DNA from: Trypanosoma brucei
Lineage: Eukaryota
Assembly: GCA_000002445.1 (NCBI GenBank)
Contig: CP000068.1
Coordinates: 704,001-768,000, forward strand
Reading direction: 5' to 3'
DNA: 64,000 bases
Part shown: positions 1 through 11,300 of the stretch, one piece after another
How positions within the stretch are numbered: position 1 is the first letter of the stretch
Layout: each line of letters opens with the position of its first letter
Program-made: the position numbers and the translations under genes
Notes under the pieces: generated by a model
What the model was told of the DNA's origin: nothing
Database searches by the model: none
Seen by the model: the letters and a program-made list of their open reading frames with translations, nothing else

Positions 1-14
1 TAAAATCGAAGGTG

Positions 15-494
15 ATGTCATCACGAAGGAAAGGGAATGAGTCGGAGATGCGATTTGAGAATGCTCTGAAGGAAGGGTTCAAGGCTGGGTTTTCGTGGTC
101 TCTGGACGACACGGTGCTGACTCTTGAGTGCGACGGGAACCGCCTCATCTTCGTGAAAGTTGCCGCTGTGCCGTGCGAAAATGGTAGGCCGGGGTATATT
201 GGTGATAAGGTTTCAAGATGCTTTAAGGCCCACGACGATGCTCGAGTGTACCGTATCATCAACACTGTGGAATCGAAGTGGGCATTTTACAATGACACGA
301 CCGAATACAATTTTAATGTGTCAGTGACTTTTGGGCGGAAATCAAAGGTACGCGGTCTGGCCAACACGTCAATTGAGACAAATGAGGAAGGCTTGACGGT
401 TGCCAGCGTGTCAGTCGCCCCTGGTGCGACGGAGATGTTCGTTGCTGGGGATGTAAACGGGTACAAGTGCTCCTATGACGCAGTGCACCAGTAG
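15..494 (+). CDS. hypothetical protein (about 160 aa; the frame is open to the window edge, so it may be 5'-partial)
   Basis: The ORF-track start at 12 is GTG and the first ATG is at 15. Codon usage is balanced with G/C-rich third positions, like the other + strand genes. No diagnostic motif. It might be a small kinetoplastid-specific protein. Confidence 0.4.
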   Translation: MSSRRKGNESEMRFENALKEGFKAGFSWSLDDTVLTLECDGNRLIFVKVAAVPCENGRPGYIGDKVSRCFKAHDDARVYRIINTVESKWAFYNDTTEYNFNVSVTFGRKSKVRGLANTSIETNEEGLTVASVSVAPGATEMFVAGDVNGYKCSYDAVHQ

Positions 495-879
495 CCGACA
501 TTGCGTTGAGTGTTGATCCGGATGTAAGATACACATATGTATGCGGAGGTGGGCGCGTGCGACTCCTTCAAGCATTCCATGTTATAATTTGTTTGCCGCG
601 CTTGGTCTCGTGATGCTGAGCGATTGTGCCTGTGTTTGTGGTTTCACCCCCTCTTGTCACGCCTTCCGCGGTTGGTGTGATTCCATTTGTGTTTGTTTCA
701 TGTGTTTTGTTTCCCTCACTACATTGTGTGGTGAGGTTTGCTACTCTTATGATGAGTGCGCCTTGTGCCGCGTGCGTGTGTAGTGCTCATTTACCACTTG
801 CTGCTTTCCCTTAACCTATTTCTGGATGAAAGAGACTTTACTCTTGTTTTTACCCACGTTCAAGCCGACACGGATAACA

Positions 880-1230
880 ATGGCCACCTGCCCTAAACAC
901 CTGTTCGGGAAGTACCATCTAAAGAGTTTTAATGGCAAAAGCGCCTTGGAGGGCGAACTGGCCGGTGTGACACTGGAGCTTGGTGAAGAAGACGGTCGTG
1001 TCACAGTACGCGCGAAGGCGGGAAATGCGATGAATGGTGTGTTGAAGTATGAAGGTGGGATGCTCACCGGTCCCTTGATGTCCACAAGAATGATGCCGCC
1101 CCCTGCTTTGATGGAGGTGGAGAGTGCTTTCAGTTCTGGATTTTCCAGCGGTATGCATGCGCTCCGTGAAGGCTCTTCTCTTACGCTTTCGCATAAGACA
1201 GACACGATGGTGTTTGAGGCCGTGGAGTAA
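880..1230 (+). CDS. hypothetical small protein (about 116 aa)
   Basis: The ORF runs 826..1230. The pyrimidine tract at 836-861 plus AG at about 863 lies downstream of the 826 ATG, which suggests the MATCPKH... ATG at 880 is the one used. Composition is coding-like. No recognisable domain. Confidence 0.3.
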   Translation: MATCPKHLFGKYHLKSFNGKSALEGELAGVTLELGEEDGRVTVRAKAGNAMNGVLKYEGGMLTGPLMSTRMMPPPALMEVESAFSSGFSSGMHALREGSSLTLSHKTDTMVFEAVE

Positions 1231-1754
1231 ACTTGTTTCTCGACATGCAGTTACCCTTTTATTTTCTACTTGTGTTGCCACTACACTTTCGTGTTTGTGG
1301 TCGGTGTTAGCGAACACTACCTTTGTTTACCACTTAGTGTTATGTTATTTATTTTTGAAATCGGGTTATTATTTTTATTTTTTTTTCCAGGGTGTAGATA
1401 TTTGAACCCTAATAAACGTAAACGTTTTGTTAATTTATACGGGGGTACGTGTTTTTTTATTTGTTATCGAGGTATAGGCCTTCTGTCATGGTGACTACTG
1501 GACATTTTCGCTTCCTCTTTGCTGGATGCTCCCTGAATACTCAACGTAATAGTATGAAGAAAAGTGAGATGGTAGGCGGGGAATAAGTATGAGCGAAAAC
1601 CATTAGTTATTGTGGTTATATATATATATATTTATTGTTTTTGTCTGTGTCTACCTTTTTTTTCCACAAAGAAATAATATATATTTTTTCGCCTCTTGTT
1701 TTTGGTAATTTGTAAGTTGCTACTTTATTATATATTTGGGAAGTAAATATTTTG

Positions 1755-3191
1755 ATGAACACCGCGTCAACTGTTCCGAGGAAGGGGGCGCAGCGTAGCC
1801 AGTTCCATCGAGTGCGAGCTCAGGAACACGTTCGCTATGTTGAAAAGACATGCGAGTTGCTTGATTCGAAAAAGCAAGGAACTGAGTCGAGGGTGCCGTG
1901 TATTTCTTTTTTTGTTCCGAGCTTAGTTTCTTTGTGTGCTGACACAATCGCAGCTAACTTCGAGGTGATTCCTGAAGTGGATGCTTTGGCTGATAGCTAT
2001 CCTGAGTTGTACGAAATGGTTATTGAGAGGCTGTCGACGGAGTTACCACTGAAGGTAAGCGTTCAGCGCGTTCATTGTGAGAAGTTTTGGCGTCGGTGCA
2101 GCGAGTCTCGGTGGTCGTTTGGGCAGTTAAGTGAAGGAACTCGGGGAAAACTTGTGGGCGGCACCTACCGTGGGTGGAAGCAGTTCTTCCTGGAGCGTCT
2201 TCTCAGAGATTTTTTGATGGGTTTAAAGACTGCAAAACCTTCAGAAAATGATGAGCAGCAGCTTTTAGAACTTTGTAACATTGGCAGAGACTATATTTAC
2301 TCACTGGAGCTGCCCTGCCAAACTGCTCACCTAGACGTGTATGGAATGATTTTATCGCGCCTGCCCCATGTTTTGAACTTAAGCCTCACTTACAGCGTGA
2401 ATAATGTTGAGGTAGGCTTCGAATGGGATATGATCGGTTTTACAGAGGATGATGCTCTCTCTATACGTTATGTTCTCCGAAGGTACACACCCCTTGTTTC
2501 CTTGCGATTACCGAACAACCGCATTGACAGTTCCCTATTAAAGGGTATAATCAGCGGTATCGTGCAAAATACGTCGATTAAGGTGCTTGACTTCTCATTC
2601 AACCGTATTGATGATGAGGGCGCTAAGAGCCTTGCGCTGCTTCTGTGTAAGGAGGATCTTCCTCTTGAGGAGCTCTATTTGAATGACAACGGTATCCGTG
2701 GGGAAGGCGCTGCCGCCATCGCTGATGCTTTGACTCTAAACAAGAGGTTACGTTTGTTGAACCTGCGTCTTAACCGTATTCCTGATGATGTTGGTGGTGT
2801 AGCCCTTGTCGCCGGCCTTGCGTCACATAGTGCACTGGAGGCGCTCGACATTTCACATAATCTTTTAGGTGAGGCCACCGCAAGGGCGTTGGCGGAAATC
2901 CTGCCGAGTCAGAACTCTCTTCTATCATTGAACATCGCTGGTAACAGGGATCTTGGCGTCAACACAGGCGAATTGCTGCTGAAGGGACTGAAGGAGAACA
3001 AATCGCTCCGTTTTTTTGACTCGCGAGGCAGCGGATTATCACTAGAACACGTTGCTGCGATGGAAAGACAAATTCGGTCGGTGGTACAATCAGACAAAAT
3101 GAACGATATTCAAGCAAGAGACAAAAAGAGTCGTGAAATAATACACCGAGAGGTGGAGGAGAAATTATCAAAGATTGTCAGTGTTCGGTAG
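1755..3191 (+). CDS. leucine-rich repeat protein (ribonuclease-inhibitor-like LRR)
   Basis: The ORF-track start at 1752 is TTG and the ATG is at 1755. The protein has repeated LxxLxLxxNxI/L units with RNI-type spacing (NDNGIRGEGAAAIADALTLNKRLRLLNLRLNRI; LEALDISHNLLGEATARALAEIL...). Confidence 0.7.
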   Translation: MNTASTVPRKGAQRSQFHRVRAQEHVRYVEKTCELLDSKKQGTESRVPCISFFVPSLVSLCADTIAANFEVIPEVDALADSYPELYEMVIERLSTELPLKVSVQRVHCEKFWRRCSESRWSFGQLSEGTRGKLVGGTYRGWKQFFLERLLRDFLMGLKTAKPSENDEQQLLELCNIGRDYIYSLELPCQTAHLDVYGMILSRLPHVLNLSLTYSVNNVEVGFEWDMIGFTEDDALSIRYVLRRYTPLVSLRLPNNRIDSSLLKGIISGIVQNTSIKVLDFSFNRIDDEGAKSLALLLCKEDLPLEELYLNDNGIRGEGAAAIADALTLNKRLRLLNLRLNRIPDDVGGVALVAGLASHSALEALDISHNLLGEATARALAEILPSQNSLLSLNIAGNRDLGVNTGELLLKGLKENKSLRFFDSRGSGLSLEHVAAMERQIRSVVQSDKMNDIQARDKKSREIIHREVEEKLSKIVSVR

Positions 3192-3477
3192 GATTCATTT
3201 TTCATTATGTGATCCCCTCATGTCGCGGTGTTTTCAGGTTGTCTTGGTAAGTGTGATTGCAAGCAGCGGAAGGCATGTGATCTTTTCGTCCAGGGCGAGG
3301 GAAAACCTACTGAACTTAGTCGAATTTTTCATTGATGTAAACTAGAGCGGCCCGGCACGTTCTTTCCCACTTCTTAGAGAGATTCATGCATTAGTTTTTG
3401 AAGGAGGTGGTTTTGTGCATGCCTGTGGGTGCATTGCGTAACCATTCCTTTTAGCAAAACTAGAATGGGAAACATTA

Positions 3478-3522
3478 TTTCTTCTTATCATCTACTTGTG
3501 TGCTTCCCCTTCCTTTCTACCA
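3478..3522 (+). promoter_or_regulatory. polypyrimidine tract plus AG: putative trans-splice acceptor region for the acyltransferase gene
   Basis: cttcttatcatctacttgtgtgcttccccttcctttctaccAG, 40 nt upstream of the first ATG (3563). Confidence 0.35.
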
Positions 3523-3562
3523 GTTTATAGGGTTTCGGTCGATCTTGGTGTTTTCGGTTGCG

Positions 3563-4867
3563 ATGGCACTCACTGCACGTGGCCTATTTTTCGTTTGTGC
3601 CTTGGTCACAACATCGTCTACTTCGTTTTTCCTCTTTGCATGTTGGCCTGTGTTAATCGTTGCCGCTTTGCGGTTATGTACGGGATCAGCGCCGAAACGA
3701 GTGATATCGCTTGCAAACACGTACTACGACTTCGTTCAGCAGCTTTGGATATATATGATGGTACTTCTGCTAGAGGGAGTCCTGCGTGTACGTATTGCGT
3801 ACCACCTTGTGTCCAAGGGGGAAATGGCACGTGAGCAGAAGCTTGCTGATTTCTTTGCCCGACCCCCCCCGGGTAGGGTAAAGTTGATCATACTCAATCA
3901 CCGTTGTCACCTTGACTGGTTAGTGATGTTCCCCTTTCTTGCGCGAGCCGGAATCGCGAAGTCGCTTCGTATCGTACTTAAGGTTGGGCTGAGCCGCGTC
4001 CCCATATTCGGGTGGTCGATGCAGCTGTTTCGTTACCTATTTTTAACTCGCAAGTGGGCGTCCGATCGGAGCCATGTGGTACGCATGATGGATTACTACA
4101 AGAACAGTGACGGGACAGTTGTGTTTTTGTTTCCTGAGGGAACGGATTTGACCGAAAGTAGTGTGAAGAAGTCCAATGCCTATGCTCTTCGTAACAACCT
4201 GCCACAATTTTACCAGGTGCTGAATCCTCGCTCGACGGGCATGATAGAAATGAAGAATATGATAGGAGCGGAGAACATTGATGAAATTGTCGACGTGACA
4301 ATGGGGTATACGGACTTTGTGCGTGGGGAGCGCCCCAATGAGGCATCGCTGCTTAACGGTCGGACACCTTCAAAAATACATATAGTATGCACCCGGCACT
4401 GTTTTTCCAATGACCAACAAGATGGCTGGGAGGTGGGTGACCGCGTAAAGGGGTTAAGAGGCAAAGGATTATTCTCAGTTCCAGCGGATGATGAAGCGCT
4501 GAAGAACTGGTTAACAGACCGGTTCGCCAAAAAAGAGCTTTTGCTCTCCCGATTTTATACACGAAATCCCGTAGGATTCGATGAGGAGCATATTCGAAGC
4601 GTGTTTGGTCAGGACTGTGATATTGTTTCCTATGATGAAGATGAGGAAGCGGCGCGGTACCCTGAGATCACAAAATTTTCTCGCATTGCGAGGGATTTGG
4701 GAATGTGGTACGGTGTTGTATTTGTCATTTTGTACTGGACAGTACCGGTGGTACTAGTTCTACTTTTTGCTGGGTACTGGGTGTTGTTTTGGTTCGTCTT
4801 GTGCAGTATATTGTGCGTTTCGGCTGTACGTAAAGTAGGTAACTTGAGCTACTATTTAATACCCTAA
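3563..4867 (+). CDS. lysophospholipid/glycerolipid acyltransferase (PlsC/LPLAT family)
   Basis: The HX4D motif (NHRCHLDW) and the FPEGT motif (FPEGTDLTE) are diagnostic of the PlsC acyltransferase family, and there are C-terminal TM helices. The ORF-track start at 3500 is GTG and lies inside a polypyrimidine tract (3478-3522, AG at 3521). The first ATG is at 3563. Confidence 0.7.
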   Translation: MALTARGLFFVCALVTTSSTSFFLFACWPVLIVAALRLCTGSAPKRVISLANTYYDFVQQLWIYMMVLLLEGVLRVRIAYHLVSKGEMAREQKLADFFARPPPGRVKLIILNHRCHLDWLVMFPFLARAGIAKSLRIVLKVGLSRVPIFGWSMQLFRYLFLTRKWASDRSHVVRMMDYYKNSDGTVVFLFPEGTDLTESSVKKSNAYALRNNLPQFYQVLNPRSTGMIEMKNMIGAENIDEIVDVTMGYTDFVRGERPNEASLLNGRTPSKIHIVCTRHCFSNDQQDGWEVGDRVKGLRGKGLFSVPADDEALKNWLTDRFAKKELLLSRFYTRNPVGFDEEHIRSVFGQDCDIVSYDEDEEAARYPEITKFSRIARDLGMWYGVVFVILYWTVPVVLVLLFAGYWVLFWFVLCSILCVSAVRKVGNLSYYLIP

Positions 4868-5354
4868 TGTAAATAGTTTTCAAGTTAATGATGGAACAAT
4901 GTTTCGGGGGGCACGGAGAACTGGTTGAGGGACCGACGCGATATTTATTGTGTCTTCTTTTATCCCGTAACGGTAAGCGTATGGCCGCGCACCTTTATTT
5001 TTACATTCCTCTTTTTTTTGTGTATTTTTACGTCAGCATGCTTTTGGACCAAAGCAAAAGCAGCTGAGTTGGTGCCGTGTAAGCGTAATTTTACTTTACT
5101 ACTCTTTTACCTGTTTATTTTATTTTTTTTCACATGTGGAACTTTTGTTATACGCTCTATTTTTTTTGCGTTTTTAAAAATAAAAATCATCCTAAAAATT
5201 TCCCCTTCACCTCTTTTAACTGTATGCCATATCAGTTTCATTTGAAAGAGGTAGCACCCACACCTGCCTTTCCAAGTACGCAAAAAAAAATAATCAGAAA
5301 GCGGCTGCGATCGCTTGGTACGGGGCGGGTGAAGAGGCTGTGACATACGGGTCC

Positions 5355-8300
5355 ATGATGGCGGCCATCACACGCTATTCACCCCATTCAGAGCGGACAA
5401 GGGTTCATTACGAGCGCTTCCTACGTGATATTCGCCGTTGGTTGCCTCCAGGACTTGATGACAGCATAGGTGAAGTTGCAGAGGAGACTCTGTCCATTGT
5501 TTGCCGTGCAGGTAGTGGTGGTTTCAGTGGCTCTGGGGCAGCGACACAACTGCAGAATGTTCGTAAGCAACTCGAAACACTTTTTGATAGTCCACTGAGT
5601 GCGGAGACCCTTAACGAGGTGCTTCAGTACGGCCGGCTGATAGATGACTTCGTTTCGACAGAGGATGAACCTGGTGCTCACACCAACAACGTTGTCGCTG
5701 AAGATGGACTGAGTGATCTTTTGCTAATGCAGGAAGGCAAAGGCCAGCGGAAGCCGTCTGATATGTCGTCATCCGATTCAGATGGCGATACCCAAAAGGC
5801 CGACTATGGTAAGGGACGTGACCTGATGAAGTTTGCCGCAGATGTTGACAGTATCAACGATGGTTTCGATGATCAGAACGACGACGATGATGCAAACTGC
5901 ACGAACGCCATCCGTGTCACCTTCGAAGAGGTTGCGTGCAATCCGAACTATATTCGTGATTCTTTGCGTCGTCTGTTTCCCACGCAAACGATCGAGGAGT
6001 GCGATTTACAGGCAGAGCGCGTATTGCAGTACTGTGGAAAGCGGTCCGTGGATCAGCTAACACTGGAAACCCAGCTTACTGCATTTCTTGGCGGTTATGA
6101 CGACGAGGCGGTGACCGACTGGATCGCTACAGTGGCTGCATCTCGCTGGGATATCGTTTACGGCATGTCTTTCGCGTCGAAACAAACCCAGAAGGAAAAG
6201 TCTCTTGTGATGGATGCAGTAAAGGAGCATGCGCGTACTGACCGGGTTGTGGAGCGACTTTACCAAAGTATCACAGGGAAGGAGTTAGACAACAAGCCCC
6301 ATTCTGGTGAGCGGGGAAATGATGCCGATGGATCCAAACCACTGCGACGTGTTGATCTCCAGGCCTATGCATTTAAGGACGAACGCACACCGCATCAGTA
6401 CACGCACGCTGTTGTTCCCCAGGGGACAAAACGTGCGGTGTTTGAAACCCACGATGAAGTTATTCTCCCACCAACGGCTTCGGCGACAGAAAATCTTCCC
6501 TGCACGCCATTGGCCGTGTTCCCAGAGTGGGCACGACCCGCTTTTCCTGGAGTCACGCAACTGAATCCGATGCAGTCAAAGATTTTTGAGTGCGCTTTTA
6601 GGAGCGATGAAAATATGCTCGTTTGTGCGCCAACAGGGGCAGGAAAAACAAATGTTGCGATGATGGCAATACTGCGGGCCATATCAAACAACATGTCACG
6701 GACCGGTCTCGTTAACCTTCGAGAGTTGAAGGTGGTATATGTGGCTCCTATGAAGGCACTGGTCCAGGAGGTGGTGCGCACGTTCTCTGCGCGGTTGGAG
6801 CCGCTGGGACTTGCCGTCATTGAATTAACCGGAGATTCTGGTGCTAATCAGGCACAGGTGGGCGGTGCGCAACTCATCGTCACCACACCTGAGAAGTGGG
6901 ACGTTGTGACTCGAAAATCCGTCGAACTTGGTGTCGCGTCTCTGCTAAAGTTGCTTATTATCGATGAGGTCCACTTGCTGCATAACGAACGAGGACCTGT
7001 GCTAGAAGCTATCGTTGCCAGGACGCTACTGCAACAGCAACACCGATGTGAAGCGGGAATTCGCCTAGTAGGACTCAGTGCCACGCTGCCTAACTTTCAT
7101 GACGTGGCTAGTTTTTTGCAGGTCGATCGTCAGCGCGGGTTGTTTGTTTTTGATAGTTCTTACCGGCCAATACCTTTACAGCAAACATTCTGCGCTGTTA
7201 AAAAGGTTCGCGGAACGAACCAGGCGGCGGTGATGAACCTTGTGGTCTACGATAAAGTGTTAGAGGCGGCAACGGAGGGGGCTCAGTCGTTAGTATTTGT
7301 TCATTCTCGAAAAGATACAGATTACACCGCCCTATACATCGTGAGGCGCGTTGTCGATGACAAGCGGACGCATTACTTCGTGCGACCTGGAAGTGACTCG
7401 GAGCAGGTTCTGAGAGAGGCTGTGAGTGACCCATCAAATTCGCTGCGTCCGAGCATACAACAGATGCTTCCTTTTGGGTTTGCGGTCCACCACGCCGGCA
7501 TGAGCCGTGAGGAGCGCAGCCTCGTGGAATCATTATTTGCGGGTGGACATGTGCGAGTGCTCGTCTGTACATCAACACTTGCATGGGGCGTTAATTTACC
7601 AGCACACCAGGTGATTATCAAAGGAACACGGGTATTTAATGCTGCAAAGGGTGAAACTGAACTGCTCAATGCACTTGATGTTCTTCAGATGTTTGGCCGT
7701 GCGGGACGTGTCGGTTTCGGTTCTACGCTTGGAAGGGCAGCTGTGATAACGAGTGCCGAAGATCTACAGTATTACCTGAGTGTCCTCAACAATCAACTTC
7801 CAATTGAGTCGCAAATGATGCGCCGAGTTGTTGACATGTTAAATGCGGAGGTTGTCCTTGGACATATCACCAACTTGGATGAAGGCGTTCGGTGGCTCCA
7901 GCGCACGTACCTCTATATTCGTATGCGACGGGCTCCAGAGATTTATGGGGCACGTGCAAGTAGTAACGATCCTCTTCTTTTGCGTCACCTCGGGAATATT
8001 GTTCATACTGCGGCAGATGATTTGCGACGCTCACAAATGGTGGAGTACGACTCCAACACCCATCGCATTGCAACAACCTCACTGGGGCGCATTGCATCCC
8101 ATTATTACCTCACCACTACTTCTATGGCAACGTACCTTACCTACTTGTGTAACACTATGCACGATGTGGATCTGTTTCGCCTATTTTCAATGTCGAAGGA
8201 GTTTTCTCACATTATTGTTCGGCCGGAGGAGCAGTCCCAGCTACAGTATTTACTCGAGAACGCCCCCATTGCCGTTCGTGAGAGCCGCTACACTCCGTTA

Positions 8301-11300
8301 GCGAAAATCAATGTACTACTACAATGCTACATTAGTAATATGAACCTCCAGGGGTTGCCTTTGATGAGTGAAATGTCCTATGTGAAAGATTCCGCTCAGC
8401 GAATCCTTCGTGCTCTTTATGAGATTTCTTTGGTACGTGAGTATGGTCGTACAGCTCAGCAGATGTTGCAACTTTATCTCATGACTGTGCACCAACAATG
8501 GGCAGTACAGTCACCAGCGCGTCAACTTCGACACACGGTCCCACCTAAAGTTTTTGCTTCATTCATCCATGCTTTGGAGAGTCGTCGTGTTTCGTGGGAG
8601 GAGGTTCGTTCGTGGTCGTTGGAGGATTTGGTTGAGAAACTAAGCGATGAACGGCGAGCAGAAGCTGCTTATGCATGCATTCGTCGGGTGCCACACTTTA
8701 TTGTGGAAGCTGCGGTGCGCCCCCTTACACGTCGCATGTTGTATGTGGACGTAGACATAACCCCGGATTTTATGTTTGATGAAACGGTACACACTGGTAC
8801 ATCGGGTGAATTGGTCATTACAGTGGAACACACCAATGGACGCATTCTTCATTGTGAACGTATTAATCTTAGGGCAGCAGCTTTGCGTGGTTGTGAAACG
8901 GTCTCATCGCCGACTATTGTAGTGCCTGTAGTCGATCCCAAGCCCACACACTATTTTGTGCGATGTCACTCCATGAACTGGCTTGGTGTGGAGAGCAGCG
9001 TTGCGATATCCCTCATGAATGTTTTACTTCCGGATATTGCCCCACCTTTGCTGGAAGTGCACCACCGACCACCATCCGTGCGAAGTGAAGACGAGCGAGA
9101 TGTTTCCACTGCCATGCAACCTTACGGGATGGAAGCTGCGGCATCAAAGGTTTTCCCCTTCACAGAGTTTTTTCAAATACAGCACGACCTGGTTGCACCA
9201 ATAATGGAGAACAGGGGTGAAAGCTTCTTTGTCGCGTTCCCTCCTGGAAGCGGGAAAACGGCTGTTGCCGAGATTTTCATTTTGAAGTTCCTTCTGGAAT
9301 GCGCTCATTCACGGAGTGCCAATGGGGTTAGTTCCCCTGTTGGCGGGGGGAATGAAGAGGAAAACAATGACGGAGGGGAATCCATATTGAGAACCGAGCA
9401 AAAACTTCTGTATCTCACAGCCACCGAGGCGTGTGCTATGCGCCGCTATAACGAGTGGAGATACAAGTTTGGTGAGGAGCTCAACCAACGGGTGGCGAAG
9501 CTGGAGCCATACGGGGAAGAACTAGCGATCAAGGCTGAAAAAGTGAGAGGAGCAACAATAATCATTAGTTGTGGAAGTAGCTTTGCTCCTCTTCTCCGGC
9601 ACGGTGCCATGGATTTTCTTTCTGCAATCACGCATGTAATCGTTGATCATGTACACCTCCTACGTGCGCCGGAAGGTCGGTGGATGGAGGAATGCGTAGC
9701 GCGTTTGCAGTCGAAGCCCTATATAGTGAATAGGGGCCAAGGGCCGGCGCGTCTTCTTGCGCTGTCATACCCGTTGATCAGCTGCACTGAGGTATCGCGC
9801 TGGATGAAAGTGCCAACAGCGAGGCAGTACAACTACGGCAACTCCTACAGACAGCTTCGCGTTCGGCTTGAGGCTGTAGAGCAATTTAGCGCTCGCAGTC
9901 GCTATGCGGCGGCCACTATTTCAGTGTTGAAGCTACTGCAAAATGATCGGTATGCTGTATCACCCTGTGTGATTTTTGTTCCCACCGCACAAGATGCAGA
10001 GGAGCTTGCCCGCCGTATTGTTCTTCGCTGTCGTGATTTTGTTCCTACTGATGCCTGTGAAGATGTTGAGGACCGTCAACTCGCTCTTTTGTTGGCGTCA
10101 GGTGTTGCGTACATGCACCGCGGAAGCAGTTTGTTGGATGAACTTAACATAACGGAGAAGGTGGAACGACCCGCGCGACACCCTAAAACTGACGAGCCAC
10201 TACCTTTGTACCTTGTCTGCAGTTTTGAAGCCGCATGGAGGCTTCCCGCTGCATTGTTTGCCACTGCATTTGTGTGTGCTGCTGAGCGTATTGGTAATGT
10301 TTGTGAAGAAGATAAGGAGTCTGAGGTTGGTGATTTCGCTACCGACTGCTCCGTCTCGGAGTTGCTGCAAATGACGTCGCGGGCGCTCAATGAGGCTGTC
10401 GTGTACTGTCGGGCCGCCCGGCGTTGGGTGTGGAGCCGTCTCCTTAACGATCCGTTGCCGATAGAGTCACACCTTAGGTATCCTGAAGACTTCCGCGATA
10501 CGATCAACACCGCCGTTGCCCAGGGCCGGGCAAGAGATATGCCTGACGTACTGCGCATTCTTCAAAGCCACTACTTTTTGCACCACCTTCGCACAAACTT
10601 GCACTTCTACGGTGTACCCTCCAAGGAAGACATACCCGCTTACGCATCGGAGTTCGCGCGATCTGTCATAGCATCATTACAGCGGACTGGATGTGTCACT
10701 TCAAGTTCCAACTCAGCCTCATCAACAGGTTGTGACGGTGATGAACTGACTGCTCTTCAACCCACACCACGTGGTGTAGCGGCTATGCGCCACGGGATTT
10801 CCATCGAGTCTCTTGAGGCGATTGACGAAGCTGTGTCTGCTAACAGCAGATGTGGGGACTCAGTGACACGCATGTGGAGGGTGATAGCGTCATGCTGTGT
10901 GGAACTGACGCCGCAACATGTTGGAGATGCCGCGCGGATTGTAGACATCGCTGAGTTGAGTGCCCTTCACGTTGTGGCACGAGCTTTTCCCCATACCTAC
11001 GATGTCCAATATCTGGACATGGATTTCAGCAAAGGTTGGACGAAGGTGCATTTACTGGTTCTTGCACACTGTGCCCGGATGTTTGTACTGCCAGTCAGTT
11101 GTGACGATGGAGGTGTTGAGGCGGAGCGTGGGGAGATAGATGCACTTCATCCATTCGCATCGCGGTCTTCTTTGGCTGTCGAACCTCAACTGCTGCTGCA
11201 GATACCTCACAGTGTGGCCGAACGGCTTCTTGAAGACTTAAACGTCTTACTCCCCGTGGTGTTGGATTTAGTTCGTGGCGTGAGCGAAATTTTTGATGGG